From the NCBI GenBank assembly GCA_973851085.1, contig OZ316775.1, forward strand, positions 12,586,001-12,650,000: DNA of 64,000 bases, given 5' to 3'. Each line of letters opens with the position of its first letter. The first letter of the stretch is position 1. Below, in pieces: positions 49,988 to 64,000 of this stretch. The notes beneath the pieces were generated by a model. It was not told where the DNA came from. It saw nothing but the letters and a program-made list of their open reading frames with translations, and did no database searches. The stretch is from Ptychomitrium polyphyllum. Taxonomy: Eukaryota. Position numbers and translations under genes: made by a program.

Positions 49988-52156
49988 GTCATGGCTCTTG
50001 TGTGAATAAAATTGAGTCATCTGCCTTGAGTTTTTAGAAAGAGCTACTTTGAATGGTTTTTAATGATGAAATTCAAGAGTAGCATTTTAACTACTTTAAA
50101 ATGATGATGTACAAATTTGGAGAGCAAAAGGCTTTTATAGTAGAAGATATAAAAAAAATGTAATTATGACTTTGGAAAGCAATTGACAACAGAGTTTAGG
50201 ATAGCATGGTTTAATTAATAGAAGGAATTAGAAGATGAATTAGAATGTGAAATTTGATGGATGTGTAATAGACAAGATGAATAGAATGATAGATAAAATT
50301 CAAATCTTAATTCAAAATTAAGAGAGAACTATAAAAAATAAAAGTAATAAGAGTCAAAAATCTATGGCAGTGGATAAAAAATTGTATTATTATATTTTTT
50401 TATTTTCTTGAATAATTAATAGTAGCTAGAAACTCAATGCTTTCTTAAAGCAAAGTTCTTTTATGACAACAACATATTGGTAGCTTTTTGAGAAACTTTA
50501 AAAGATATTTTCAAATAACCTCCTTCTTTTATTTTACTTAATTTGTTGGAATTTCTTCTTACATATGTACAATTTGATCTATTCATTTTCACTAATATAT
50601 TATAAGGATTGAAAATTTTATGACACTTTCCTCTTTATAAATCTTGTTTCTTTCATCATTTACTTTAATAATTGGCTTTTTTTTTTAATGGTTTCCAATA
50701 TGTTTTTTATATTATTTAGTTTGAATTTTAAAAAACAAACTATTAGAAAAGTGTTCATCCTAATGCACCGTCCTATTAGCAATAGCTTAATTGTATCTAG
50801 CTATTGGCTTATTATAGACAACAACTTTGTCAACTATAATTTTTCTATTTTGTAGTAAGACAATTTATAGGTTTTATTTTCATCATCATATTCCATTAGC
50901 ATGCAATTTTCATTTCACTTTTTGTCTTATTTTCACTAGTCTTTGTTCAAATACCATGCATCCAAACGTTCTCAAATGACTCACATTCAGCTTCATAATA
51001 GTGTACATTTATTTTTGCATCACTTTCTTATTTATACACGTTGCTTTATGTTACAAGATAATTTGTTTCATTCATTATATTTATTTAGGAGAATTTAAAA
51101 GCTTTGTTTACATATGCTATACTCAAAGTTTTTTTGGCAATGATATAAAGCCATTGCTATATTATTTTGTTCTATTAAAAAGCCATTATGTGCATGAGGT
51201 CTTTTCTTCATTCCATTGTTTAGCAATCAAATTTGTTTGACACAAACTCCCCACCTTAGTTAAGGCACAAGTTTTAAATCCTCTTTTTAATTTTATTTTG
51301 TATTTTTTGTTGAAACTTTTTAGACCTCTAAAACACTTTATCTTTCATTTATAGAAAATAAACTTAGCGTCTCGTAGAATGGTCATTTATAAATACTATT
51401 AATTACTTTGACTTGTTCAATAACTTGTTCAATGACTAAGCCTAAACAAACCAACTCCAAGGGCTTAAAGGCTCAATTCTACTATATGCTCTATTCTACT
51501 ATGCGCTCCGTACTCCATGTTGATCGTATAGTGCTCAATTTTGCTCCATGCTCTGGTGCTCAATTCTACTATGTGCTCCTTGCTGATCTTAGAACTCCTC
51601 TCATAGTGGACCTCTAGAGCCTCCTCATCACCAAGCAGAGAGTTGCGGGGCTACATTTCTGAAGAACTCGGTCAAAAGAAATTTGCTCACTTCTTCAAAT
51701 GGGGGAATAACGCCTCCTGGACTCGTGCTTGGGACCACCTACTCATATCTAGGTGGAAGTCCGTTTTGAACTTGTTGAACAAGTGCCTGCTTCATCACCA
51801 GAACTCCCGATGTCACCCAGACACCTTGCCCTGCAGACTATCCTCCACTGACTGCTTAGTTGCGAAAATGGCAGCACCCTTCAGATCACGTCAGAGCGAC
51901 CACCAGAGCCGACCACCTGAAACTACGAGTGGGAATCTTACTGAGAATCGTCACACCTCGCAAGATGACGTCGCCAGGACGAGGATGAGGAGGAGCGCAA
52001 TCTCAGGAGCGCGCTGGACTTTCAAGAGCGAGTGATGGTACCTGTCCGGTCCGTCCGCTCCGACTGCCGACTTAAGGCTCCGTGTTCCTCCTGGCGCTCA
52101 CCCTCCAGCTCCGCTTTTTTCCCACTTCCGGCCTTGTCTTCATGGATTCCATGCCT

Positions 52157-52185
52157 CTTGTTGTTGTTGTTGTTGTTGTTGTTGT
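52157..52185. repeat. (TTG)n microsatellite
   Basis: Read directly from the sequence. Confidence 0.95.
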
Positions 52186-55100
52186 TCCACCACTTATGGA
52201 GACGAATACTGGGAACGAAGATTTTTGCGTTTCTCGTGCGAGGACCGCGGTGGTGCTTTAGTGCGATTGTGCCCACCGTTTCGGCTGGAAAGTACAGCAT
52301 TGTGGTGACCATTTCGCAGCTCTGGGAACGTTTGCAGTTGCTGCGAAGTTCACGGATTGCGCGGAGCTTTTTGAATCGTTCGCTTCCAAGGTAATTCAGT
52401 TGGATCCCTCCTTTCCTGCCTCACAGGCACTAGAATACGCGCGGAAATTGCGTCCGGAATAGGGTATCGTCACATGTGCAGCCTGTTGAAAACTTTTAGC
52501 GTGGGTGAAAGAATCTATATTAGTGCAAGAAATAGGGGAGCCATTGTTTCGACTGGCGAAATCGATAAGCAAAATGTTGCGTCGCCATTGTCTGGGGGAT
52601 TTAGGGTTTAAGCGATACCACCCGAAATCCTCGATAATTGTTTTACAATATACGGTTAAATTCTATGGCGCCCCGATTCGCACCACGCATGGCCTTACTG
52701 TGATTGTTCGTTTGCCTGCGATGTAGCAAAGAGGATTCAAGAGCCCTGCCCTGAAAAATACATTTTGACGAGGGTTTAGGGCTTTAGGGTCTGATCAAAC
52801 TTTCTGGCAATCGGATACCACATGTGAGCTATTTGGCTGGGCACGGTGCTTTGGCATGTAGTTGTTCGATTCTCTCTACAGATGCTAAAGAATTGGTTTG
52901 AACTCGGAGCCCGACCCATCGGAAGTATCAAGCATCGCATGTATAAGTTATCTCCTATTTGCTGAAAGTGTTGTTTTGATTGTAGTTACTTTTTATGATG
53001 TTTTTATCTGTTCCATTATCAATGACAATTTATCACGCAGTTAATGTTTTGAACGCTAATTTAAGATCTTATTCAAGGGATTTGAAAGATCTTGATAGCA
53101 GGTACTAGAAAGTTCCGGGAGTAGAGGAATAATAATGTCTCATACTACTGGAACTCAATTCAAGTCGGACAGATGCTGGTTGGGGTCGATGCGGGTTATC
53201 CAAAAGCTAGAAGCGATCTTCAATGCACAGCGTTGGATAGAACTTGCTGAATCGACTTCCTTCCGAGGGAGCAGCTTTTGAAAACAGTGCCAAAAGACAC
53301 CTCAAAAAGTTGAACTAGGATTTCCTTCGAGGTGTCTGTAATGAACGATTTTCTTCTTTTGTGTCTGCAGATGACCGTCTTATTGTGGTACTTCGTTTCT
53401 TCAGCGTGTCTTTTTAACATGGGATCTTGTCTCTTTGACCATTGACAATTTAAACCTAAGGTTGGTCCGAAGGCGATTGCGATACCTTGCGTACCAGTAA
53501 ATTCTGTCTATTAGCTACTTGCTTTAACTTATGCAAATGCTTTATGCTTCAATTTTTGGCTTCTGTTATGATTCTCAGCTTATTAACGGAACTATAGATT
53601 TTGTATCAAACTTAAACATGTTCAAACACAATCTTCAGAACAGATTCTAGTCTGATTTGTTGGAACGGTGGTTAATTGTAGTAGAATCGTATATCATGAG
53701 AAGCTTCTGTATGGATCGCTATCGCTTTAATTCCTTTTCTGTTCTCTTTGGGGTAAGCTTCTTGATCATGTAAGAATTTAATAAGTTCATAAGTTCAAAA
53801 GTGTGAGATTCCTGGTGTGCTAGGACTTTAGCAAACTCTATTTTTTAGTTTGCATGGATGGTTTCCAACACCTTTTTGGTCGTTTATGCAGATTCTCCGT
53901 TCACCCAGTGTATTTTTCTTTTGGGACCTTTTCAGAACACATGCCCATTGGCGTTCCTTAGTGGTAAATACCCCATCAGTGTCCTTTTACAAAATGATGA
54001 TATTAATTGTGTCGAGATAGATTTTCATGAAGTGAAATTTCATTCTATATAATAGCGGTCTCGTGAGTTTTGACAAAGGATCTCGAGATCAATGATTTAT
54101 GAGGTTCACGTTGCTTATTGCGGTTGAAAATGTTGCTGTGAGACGTATTCACTTCCTCAAAAGAGTTGGAATCATTAGTAAACCTTGCTAACGTGATAGC
54201 AGAAGTCATTCAACCATCCACTGTTTCTGCCATATCCAAAACTTTTGGTTTATATTCTGAGGAAGTATTGAGGGACGGGTTTGCTATTGATAAGCTTAGC
54301 ATTAAGCATGAATGACTTTCAATTCAGAAGATTTGTTTGAACAAGTGAAGAACAGTGTAAGACAATAGATGTTTGAAGCATACGCTTCACTGTAAAATGC
54401 CGCCTAGTGTTGCAATCAGGTTCATAAGAATGGTGAAAACTTTTGTAAACACGCACATACGTGACAAGTCCCAGTAGTATCTGACAATGAGTTCCAACCA
54501 TCCCGACACATTTCTGGAAGAAGGGTGTGAACGACACAAATAATAAAATAGTAAATATAAGAATGCCTTGGCTAGGCTCCAACAGTTTCTGCTTGAGCGG
54601 TCCACATATGTGTGTCAAAGTGCTTTGCTATCACTTCAAAGGCATATTAGACCATGAATGACTACTTTGGACCAAATGTACCTTCTTTCTTCTAAAGTAA
54701 TGAAGATAAGAGAATTTTAACAAATGCAATAATCATGTGAAGTTTAACTAATGGTAATATAAAAGTTTTTATTTTGTTACATTTGAAGCAAATGTAAGTT
54801 AAGGTTACTATAATTGATAAAGAAATTAATTATTTTGGTACAAATAATAAGATGGCTATATTTTAATATGAAAACTTATAGAGATGGGTGTATAATTTTT
54901 TGTAATATATAACAATGGTCTAATTAAGGAAGAAGCATATGAAAACATATTTCAATTTCCTATACCATTACATGTATCCATTACAAAATCTTTCATTACA
55001 CATCATTCCAATAAAGATTTGGATACTTACAAAACAATTGAATATTTATGAATATGGTACATTTAGCATGTGACAATGATGGATGCACTTTAAACTCTAA

Positions 55101-55883
55101 ATGGATTAGCCTTTTAACTTTTATTGAAGTCGTGGAAAGCCAAGTTCAAAAATTTATTAATAATTCATGTAAATGAAAAATTTGTAATATCTTTGGATTT
55201 GGTCCTTGAACCTTAAGATCTTTGTATTCTCTTTGGATTTGTTACAAGTGAAAATTATTGTCTCACATACATGCTAATTAGCTTAAATTATTAGTATCCC
55301 CTACATAACTCAATTTCAATGAGTCAATTTCAATGAGTCAAAGTAGACATACATTTTCATTTTCGATAGAAAAACTTGCATCTAAGAAAGCAAATGTAAA
55401 TGAAATTGATCCTCAGCTGTAAAGGTTGTTTTCTAAAAATGCTGTAATAGTGAATTTGGCTCTGATTCCACTACAACATGTCATGACTCACAAGCAAAAA
55501 ATGTTGAATCAGTAAGCTGAAGATACACTTAGAGAAAGAAAGTATGGATGGTGAATAGCCGACCTTTCACTGAGAGAATGTCGGTTGGCTTTATTCCCAT
55601 GATGTTGCAGTAGACCGAGGTGTTACTAAACTAGTACCTATAGTCTAAGCATCAGACCTGATCTCGAACATTGCTGAGAAACAACAATGTGACTCGGAGA
55701 ATATTATGGATACAAAAGAGTGCTAGCTACCTACACTACACCACACTGCCTCTAGTGCGAAGGAAGGGCGGGGTGCTGGGCTCCAGGAAGTGCACCCACC
55801 ACCCAACAGAGCGTGTCAGACCCAGATCAATTTCTACACAATATAATAGCGAACAAATAGGAAGTGGTTGATTCGTCCCAAGC

Positions 55884-57487
55884 TTATGCAGCAGATCCGG
55901 TAGAGGGAAAATAGGTTACCAAGTCTGGGACGAGCTCCAGATTCGCCAGCCACCGCAACACGGCGTCGGCAGCATCCTCGGTTGGCACTGCCGTGGTGTC
56001 CACCATGATCTTCTTGGTGATGCCCGTCGGGTACTCGAAGCACCCCTCGTACTTCTCCAGGATCTTCTCGATGTCCGACCACTGCGCTGGCTTGTGCCAC
56101 CTCTTAGACGGGGGCGCCGTTGGCCCCCCAAAGCCCACGTCCAGCACCACCTGCAACACGCACATTGCCCACGCATTATTCCATCACCACTGACCCGTTC
56201 ACCACCTCGCTCTCCGGCACTGTCTAGTCCATTCTTCAATGCACCTTGCAACCCTCACCTCACGAAGGTGGCTAAGGGCGAAACCTAATACCAAAATGCA
56301 ATAGCACACTAATCTTCTTGAAGGCTAATTCAGGTAACAATGCAGTCTAATCATGAGCTACAACTGAAGAGATCCAGCGAAATATAGCAGAGTAGAAGGT
56401 ATTGTTTTACTCGTTGTCGAATTAATTGATGCAGTTAGCTAGGACAGAGCTGCTCCCTACGCAGTATTGTGTGCGGCTTCTTACCGGCTTCTTGGTACCG
56501 TCGGTCTCTGCGCCCAGTTGCTTGGCTGCTAGCTGTGGAAGGTAGGTGACGTCCAAGGACATCACACGCGGAGGTCGATCGACCTCCACATGATAAAAAT
56601 CTAAATCATCTCTGCTTGACATCAATCACTACGCGATCAAGCTCAAATAATTTCTCTCTCGCCCACTCCAAATTTAGTGCAGCGGTACATTCACAACATT
56701 CGCATTATGAATTGGCCATCGATTTCTAAGAGAAAAATAGAGAGATGCAGGCAATCACCCGTGAGCTAGCCGCGTACTGAATAGAATTGATCCATCGACA
56801 ATATTAGAAGCACTCGGTCTCTCGAGTTTTGCTCACAGACAGACATAGCTATGACCAATTCATTGCAAGTTATAGTGGACTGGGATGATAGTGATGAGAT
56901 GATGACGATGCAGCAATTAAGCGAGCAGATTGAAGAAGGATTGGAGCATAGAATTTAATGAAGTGAGGCTGGAATGAGTACCCTAGGCTGGGGCGAGTCG
57001 TGAAGGTCTGCTCGTCGGACATGCCCAGCTCTGCGCGGCTCTCGAGGCGCTCCTTCCAGATGGCTTTGTCGCCGGAGTAGCATTCCACGATCACCAGCTT
57101 AGCGCCGAACTTGTGGCTGAGGGCGAGGGCGCGGTCAAACAGGCCCGGACGCTCCAGCGGGCAGTCCACCACCACGTCTAGTCCGAGCTCCAGCTGCGTC
57201 TCCGTCACGCGCCACATGACCACGTATGACAGCGTATTGAGCTTGTGCGACGTGAAGTTGAAAGTCTTGCTCTCGCACGTGCACGCCATGACGCACGGGC
57301 ACTCCAGGTCCATACTGCAGTCGCGAATGTCGTCTTTGTCCACCACCGGACAATGCAAATCCTTGGCTATGGCGCGCGACACAGTCGTCTTACCGCACCC
57401 CGGGTGCCCCTTCATCGCGATCAGCAGTGGCTTCCGCTTTGCCATCCCCTCTGTTGCCACCTTCACATGGCCGTCGCTCTCCGCCAT
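55884..57487 (-). CDS. P-loop NTPase/kinase-like protein (AAA_33-like), about 299 aa. Exons 56982-57487, 56485-56611, 55884-56150
   Basis: Walker A MKGHPGCGKT, DKDDIRD, DVVVDCP, WKERLESR and HKPAQWSDIEKILEKY. Splice phases are compatible and total 900 nt. Confidence 0.88.
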
Positions 57488-60400
57488 CGCCCCGTCCTCT
57501 CGCTCCACTCGCCGCACTACCCCTCGCTCCCTTGTCACCTCCACCCCGGCTCTTCACTCCCCTCGCTCTTGGCACTCGCGTCTCCGCCTATTGCAGTGTC
57601 GTGACCCACCTCCAACGCAGCGCTCGCTGTTGCACTAACTCGCATTGCCCACATACACCCCTGCGACGTCCACCACTACAGTTGCACTCCACTGGTGTGG
57701 CTTCCTCCCAACGCAGTTGACAGGCAGCGAGAGTGGAATTGGGAATTAGCAGTTGGCACAGAGCGAGGCTCGAGGCTGGGCAGAGAGAGAGAGAAAGAGA
57801 TAGAGAGACGGTTGGTAACCTTTGACCAATTCGTCCTCAAGGCCGCCGCACCCCGCGCTCGAATGATGCCTGCATCGACAAGTGCCGCCGGCCTGTTCCA
57901 AATATCGCACCTGCAACGACACCAAACCACCACTGTCACCCGCGCCCCCGCCCTCTCGCCGACATTCACCAGCGATCACTAGGCATAACTGTTGTTCCGC
58001 TCGACTAGCTCGTGCGGGCCCTCCGTACTCCTAAGTCCTCGCTCAAGCCCCTCCCTCTACGCCTGCCTCCTTCGCTTGGCTGCTAATATGCCTCATCATA
58101 GATTCCTCATCTCCCACTCATCACCATTTGGAACTGTGCACCATCGCCGCATCAGCATGCATATGCACCCGCCCCCTAGTCAGCCCAGATATTCTTCATT
58201 CCCTTCAACTAAATGTGTTCAGGCAGGCAGGCAGGCAGGCTCGCTCCCTAGCATACTCTCCGTCATCCGCCCCTCGCGCGCATTTATGCTCCCCAATTAC
58301 CTCTCTTCCTTCCCTTCCCTTCCCTTCCCTTCCCTTCCCCACCCCCCCCTTCCCAACCCCAAAATGTCGCTATCATGCCACCTACTTCTACCTCCTTCTA
58401 CTCCTCTCTCCTAATTCTCGCTTTTCAACCTAACTCAATTGCCTTTCCAGGCTCCCCTGCCAGGCACCCCTTCCCGTCCCCCTGCTCAGTACCTGCTCTT
58501 GTCATCTCCTCCGGGTAAGTAACTTACTTAATGATTGGACTTTCCATGCACATGATGATCATTCCTCACTGGATAGTGCTCCATCGATAGCAGTGACTTC
58601 TCCGCCAGTAATAAGTTAGTCGCGGCCTGCTAGCCAGCGGCTCAATTATTCACCCATGGACCACGACTTCGTGCAAGCCACTGCCAGAGTCCGGGTGACT
58701 CCACCCAGCCAGCCACCATGACTGCCTGCCTGCCAGGTCCCACATGAGTTCTTCTTCCGGATTAATCTCGCCAGAATTCCCCTTTGGCACGTAACCAGAG
58801 GCAAGAGCACTCATCTGCTCCTTCTGGCGGGCGTCGATGCAACGAAGCGAGAGCGAGTGTGATGTCGAGCGCGCTCAGTGCTGCCCAGCAGCAACTCATT
58901 TACTCAAATATTATTCAACCGCTACAATAGACTACTAGACTAGTATGTACAGTACAATAGTCACTAGTGCAGTCACTAGATGGGGTTGTGCCGGGGCAGT
59001 AGAGCAGGTGCCATGATGTGCTAATAGTTCCTTGTGATATCGTCAATCATCTATATATTACTGTATTCTCAGGTGATTTAAAAAAATGGCAGCCTGGGAG
59101 TTCTCAAGTGGGTAAAACATGCAGCTCTTTGCTAGCCTTGTATGAAGTAGCCTCCCGCTTTTCCTTTCCTTTCATTTTCCATCCACAAAAAGTAATACTA
59201 CCGGTAGAACTACTTGCTTACTGCTACTCGACCGAGCCAGAGATATCGACTGAATATCATTTATTCGGGCACGCAGTGTGGTGCCAGCTCGGAATTGCCA
59301 CCATGAGCATTCCGTTGCCTATCGTGTGCTGCAAAGCACAGTTAAACACCGTGGGTATCTGTGGATGAACGAGCTTGCTGTGCATCGTTGAAGGAAAATT
59401 CCTTTGCCTTCGAATCTTGCTTCAGCACCTGGGCTACAGCCCACACTTGGAAATACTTAAGGTTGGGCCTAAAAGAAACTAAGTCACAGTAGCTTAAAGA
59501 AGAAGAACTCGATTCCTGAAGGGGACGGCGTGATTAAAGTGTTGGTTCATTCTACCCCTCAGCAACAGTATATTACAGTCGACATCTCTAATTGTTATCC
59601 TTCTAAAGCAAAAAAATTGTAACACTCATGGCATTGAAGTTAAAATTAGAGAGTAAAAACAATTCAAATGACAACATGTAAAAACATAACAATTTTTTAG
59701 TGAAAAAGGTACCATTTTTAATAAAGAAAAGAAAAAGAAATTCTATAAAGCATAATGTATAAAAACTCTTAAAGTATTTCTTGAAAATATATATAAAACA
59801 TAACATTAATGAAAAATATTTTATAAAAGGTAACAATTAAAAAGGGTGGAACCAAAAGTATTTCTCCTTCCTTTCAAAGTTCACTCTCTATTTCTTAAAA
59901 CAAATCATTATTGTATATATAGCATTCTTTAGCAAGTATATTAATTAATGATTGATTGAACTCTAAAGATTTTCAATGTTAAACATACATAATAGTTTCA
60001 TATTGTGTGCAAATAATACATTTTAAGCACATTAGATTTCTTAATTTCTTTTAAATATGATTCAATTAGATAATTGTGTCTTATTAATAATCATATGCAA
60101 TAGTGTTAAGTCACAATTGATGCTTTGAAGGTGGCCCATTTCAATTACTAATGAATGTTTATACAAAAGAAATCTACAATTTGTTTAAGTTTATCTTATC
60201 CATGTGTAATTTTAGTTTTGAGATGAATCTAACTAAATTATTTTAGTGAATTTTTAAACATTGCAATGTACAGCCAACCTAACAACAAGCATTTTAAATT
60301 TCTTCAAAAAAAAAATATTGTACAAAAATAAGTAGTTTTTATAGAAATCTAATGATTTTGAAAACCATACATTTGCATTGAAAGATTTAGCAACTTCTAT

Positions 60401-61758
60401 GTCCATTTTGTATTGCATTTCTTTTGAAAAAAATAAAGAATGTTTTTTGTGCCTAGTGAATATCAATTAAATTGTACAAACCTAGATAAAATTTAACATT
60501 GAAGCTTTATTTTTTTTGGCAATATCTTTTTTATAAAGTGCCTTGGTGTCTCTAAATGATACTATGATGATATTAAGATTATAATTAAATAAAACATGAC
60601 TATTCTTCAATAATTTTCATTAAAATTTGATTTTTTTGCTTTGCATTTTTTTTAAATATTTTGTTAAACTTAGCTACCACTAACAAATGTTAAATAATAT
60701 GTATTATTAATTTCTACACTTTATTTATTATAACAATCTTTCAAATGCGCATAAATTAATTATATTGGACGAATGCATGGTATGCACCAAATGTAACCAA
60801 GTTGAAAATTTCCAATTTTCTACCAACACCAAAAGAATCTTTCATATTATTATTAAAGTTTGCATTTTAAAAACTAAATATTTCATTTCATAAAAATATG
60901 GTATACTTAATTTATTGATTATAATATCTAATTTTGTCATAAATCAAATTACATATGATTTATGTCTACATTTAGGTTTATGGATTAAAAGTGTTTTTAT
61001 ATGGCAATCAATTTAAATTAGTACATATGTAGTTCTACAATTGATTAATGTAAAGATGGTTATTTTTGCAAAGAGTGTGAAGATAACTTATTTAATTAGA
61101 AATATTAATAGTCATATAAGAATAGTTACTTGTTGTACAACATGACATCTTTTGCATCTATAAATTGTGTTTTTTTTATAAAGAATTTAATTGTATATAA
61201 TGTATATTTCTTTGTTTTATATAGCAATTATTTTCTTACAAACTCTTGAATTGTATATAGAACCAATTGATTGTACATGATGTAACTTTATTTGCTTTTA
61301 ATGACATTGGTTTATATAAGAATAATATGATTGCTATATAGAAATAATTGATTGTACATGATGTTGTCTTTTTTGCTTTGGGTAACATTGGTTGTTCTAT
61401 AATCATTATAAGTACCATCTGAAGACAAATGATTGTAAATGTAGTCTATTTTGTTGGTTATAATATAAAGTAATATTAATAATTTCATTAAAATTGATTT
61501 TTTTATAAATATTTTAATTGAATTATAGAAGAATCTAAAGAATTTAAAGGTAATTTGATTATATGTCTTTTGAACCAATATAAATCTCTTAAGGTACCTT
61601 TTTAGTTAATTCAAGGAGGATTAGTTGATAAATAACAAGATGTTTGTAGTTTAAATGAAATCAATTGTTTTAATATGAAGTTTAAAATTTATGCAAATTG
61701 AAATTTAATTTATATTGGAAATGTTGATAAAAAGAAAAATTCATGCACTTTTGAAAGA

Positions 61759-62144
61759 TTGGTTGTTTTATATCTTTGTTTGATTGATATGTAGGACAAG
61801 TGGTATAATAGAGGCAACTTATAAGTGTGACAACTTTGTGATGTTCTTCACTTCTATGACATTGGTTGCTTTATACCTTTGTTTGGTTGATATGTAGGAC
61901 AAGTGGTACAGTAGGGGCAAGCTTGCAAGTGTGACAACTTTGTGATGTTCTTCACTTCTATGACATTGGTTGCTTTATACCTTTGTTTGGTTGATATGTA
62001 AGACAAGTGGTACAGTAGGGGCAAGCTTGCAAGTGTGACAACTTTGTGATGTTCTTCACTTCTATAACATTAGTTGCTTTATACATTTGTTTGGTTGCTA
62101 TAAAGGACAATTGGTACATTAAAAGACAACTTATAAGTGCAACA
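61759..62144. repeat. 103-104 bp tandem repeat, about 3.7 copies
   Basis: Units start at 61759, 61862, 61966 and 62070. Confidence 0.93.
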
Positions 62145-63473
62145 TTTTAGAAAACAACTAATAAAGCAATTTTTTGGAATTTTAATTGGTTTTTAAAAAT
62201 TAATTTTGATTCATCTTGAAAATAACTCATTTATAACAGACGTATTGTATATTTATGTCTTTTTTAGTTTTTTGAATTTTTAATTGTTATAAAAATATAT
62301 ATAAAAACTAAATTTTTTATTATATATTTTAAAATCAAAACATACTTAAAGATATATTATTTCTTTTTAATTCATTTTTGTTGATGATGAATCTCTTAGC
62401 CTTAACATAATTGGTTTCATTGTAATTAATTCAGTCAATTTTTCGAATGAAAAACAATAAAAAAATTATGACAAATGTAGTATCTTTATTATATGATTTT
62501 GGAATTTGAATGAATTTTTTAAAGACAATTCTAATTAAATTTTAAAATAATTAATTGTTGAATGAAGTGAATTTTTTATTTAGGAAAAAATAGCTATTTA
62601 ATGACAAATTTTAATAAAAAAGAAAAATTCATTATATATGTTTGAAACCAGATTTATTTATTTAAAAGTATAACTTATTGATACATAAAGTGATGATCTT
62701 ATATTCTTGTAAAATAAATAAATAAATTATTAGTAAATTTTTTCATAAAACCATTATTTGTACATAATGAAATAATTTTTGCTTTTAATATCAATGGCAG
62801 TTTGAAATGAAATTCCTTTATTAATGACAAGAATTTATTGTTTTTTGGTACAAAATCCTTGCTGAATCCTTGAAGTTTTAATCATGCATATGATTAGTAG
62901 AATAAGACAGAAACTTATTATTGGTTTAACTATATTTTCAATTATATTAAAGGCACTAAAAAATTTACAAAAAATCCAAGGCTACATTATTTATGTATGT
63001 AATAAAATAAATGTTCCAGACCATGAGAATTTACAAGATTCTTTTCAAAATACTTGATGAATTCAATGTTGTGAATTTAATGTAGTGAAATCAATGTACT
63101 AAAAATATATGAACTATATATTTAATTTTTATATATAGAATTTAGTATGAATAATGTGTTTGTTTTTAGATTTTTTATTTCTACGTTTAAAGATGCAATG
63201 ACCATGTTCTTTTAGAAGTATGAAATACTAACACTATAATTAAATAAGAATAGTATACATGTATGTATGAATTAATATGGTATTTTAATTAAAATTTGGA
63301 AAATAAAAGTTTATATGTTTAGAAATTTATATATTTAAAAATTTTATTCTTCAATGAAAAAAAATTATTCCTGGATTTTTTTCATTTTGTCTTAAGTTTC
63401 ATGCCACTTATTACATGATATGAAATTGAAATTAATTTCCTTAATATAATCAAAGAAGAATGAATTTGATTTT

Positions 63474-63940
63474 TGTTAATGGCCTATCAAATCTCATATT
63501 CAGTAATATTAGACTTCTTTATTGATCTCCCCTTATTGTACTATTTGACATTTCCCAAGGGTAATTATTGGATGATAATACTAGTCTATTAGTTTAAACA
63601 ATGGATGTAGATTCTTAATTATAGGATTTGAAACATAGTATTCAAACTTATAACCAAAAGAATTGAAAGTACGTTGTATCTTGTTTTTTTTAATCAAGTT
63701 GTATTTTCAAGATTAGTAGAGTATAAATCAATTATATCTTAGTGAATCATAGTTCTTATTTATGTCCCTTTTTTATTGCAAGTTTTCTTATATTTTGCTA
63801 TCTAAGTTTTTTGAGCTACTATTATTTTTAATCTCGGTAATTATTAATTATAGACTTTTCCAAGTATCCTTTTATTGTTAATTATTATAAGTTAATAACT
63901 ACTAGTCTTTATATATTTTGTAGTTATCTACCATAACGAT
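63474..63940. repeat. Highly decayed family C LTR-like repeat
   Basis: Block similarity to 39436-39900. Confidence 0.5.
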
Positions 63941-64000
63941 TTTCAACCTCAAAAATTGTATGTATTATTCCTTGCTGTGAATGTATTTTAAAAGTTTTAA

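Noticed and set aside
52022..52394. Poly-Leu and poly-Asn ORFs
   Set aside because: Produced by the (TTG)n microsatellite, with no other coding evidence.
55557..55590. Short hairpin agccgac...gtcggtt
   Set aside because: Too short and imperfect to support an ncRNA or terminator call.
59600..61600. F/K/I-rich ORFs in AT-rich DNA
   Set aside because: Composition artefacts of very AT-rich intergenic sequence.
61759..62144. CRISPR-like array
   Set aside because: Whole units repeat with no unique spacers, there are no cas genes, and the context is eukaryotic.

Overview
Eukaryotic land-plant genomic DNA. The Tcn1-like chromovirus LTR elements, intron style and gene set suggest a moss such as Physcomitrium patens; this is inference. 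Two gene islands lie among AT-rich nests of decayed Ty3/gypsy elements. Island 1 (14-31 kb, all minus strand) holds a 5-exon sorbitol dehydrogenase, an acidic protein with a dehydrin K-segment-like motif plus four invariant VPTFLVALP repeats, and a long multi-exon At4g24610-like gene. Island 2 (52-58 kb) holds a 3-exon P-loop kinase-like gene and a possible spliced non-coding unit. Main structural signals: (1) a dead chromovirus is present twice at near identity (about 5.9 kb, same lesions) although its LTRs are diverged and chimeric, which implies DNA-level copying; (2) a near-perfect 2 kb inverted duplication brackets island 1 with the geometry of a staggered-break inversion; (3) the element carries a Tf1-type self-priming PBS, a G-GAA-AAC plus hairpin -1 frameshift signal, a perfect heat-shock element and an extra 3' ORF. 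No rRNA, tRNA or CRISPR was seen.
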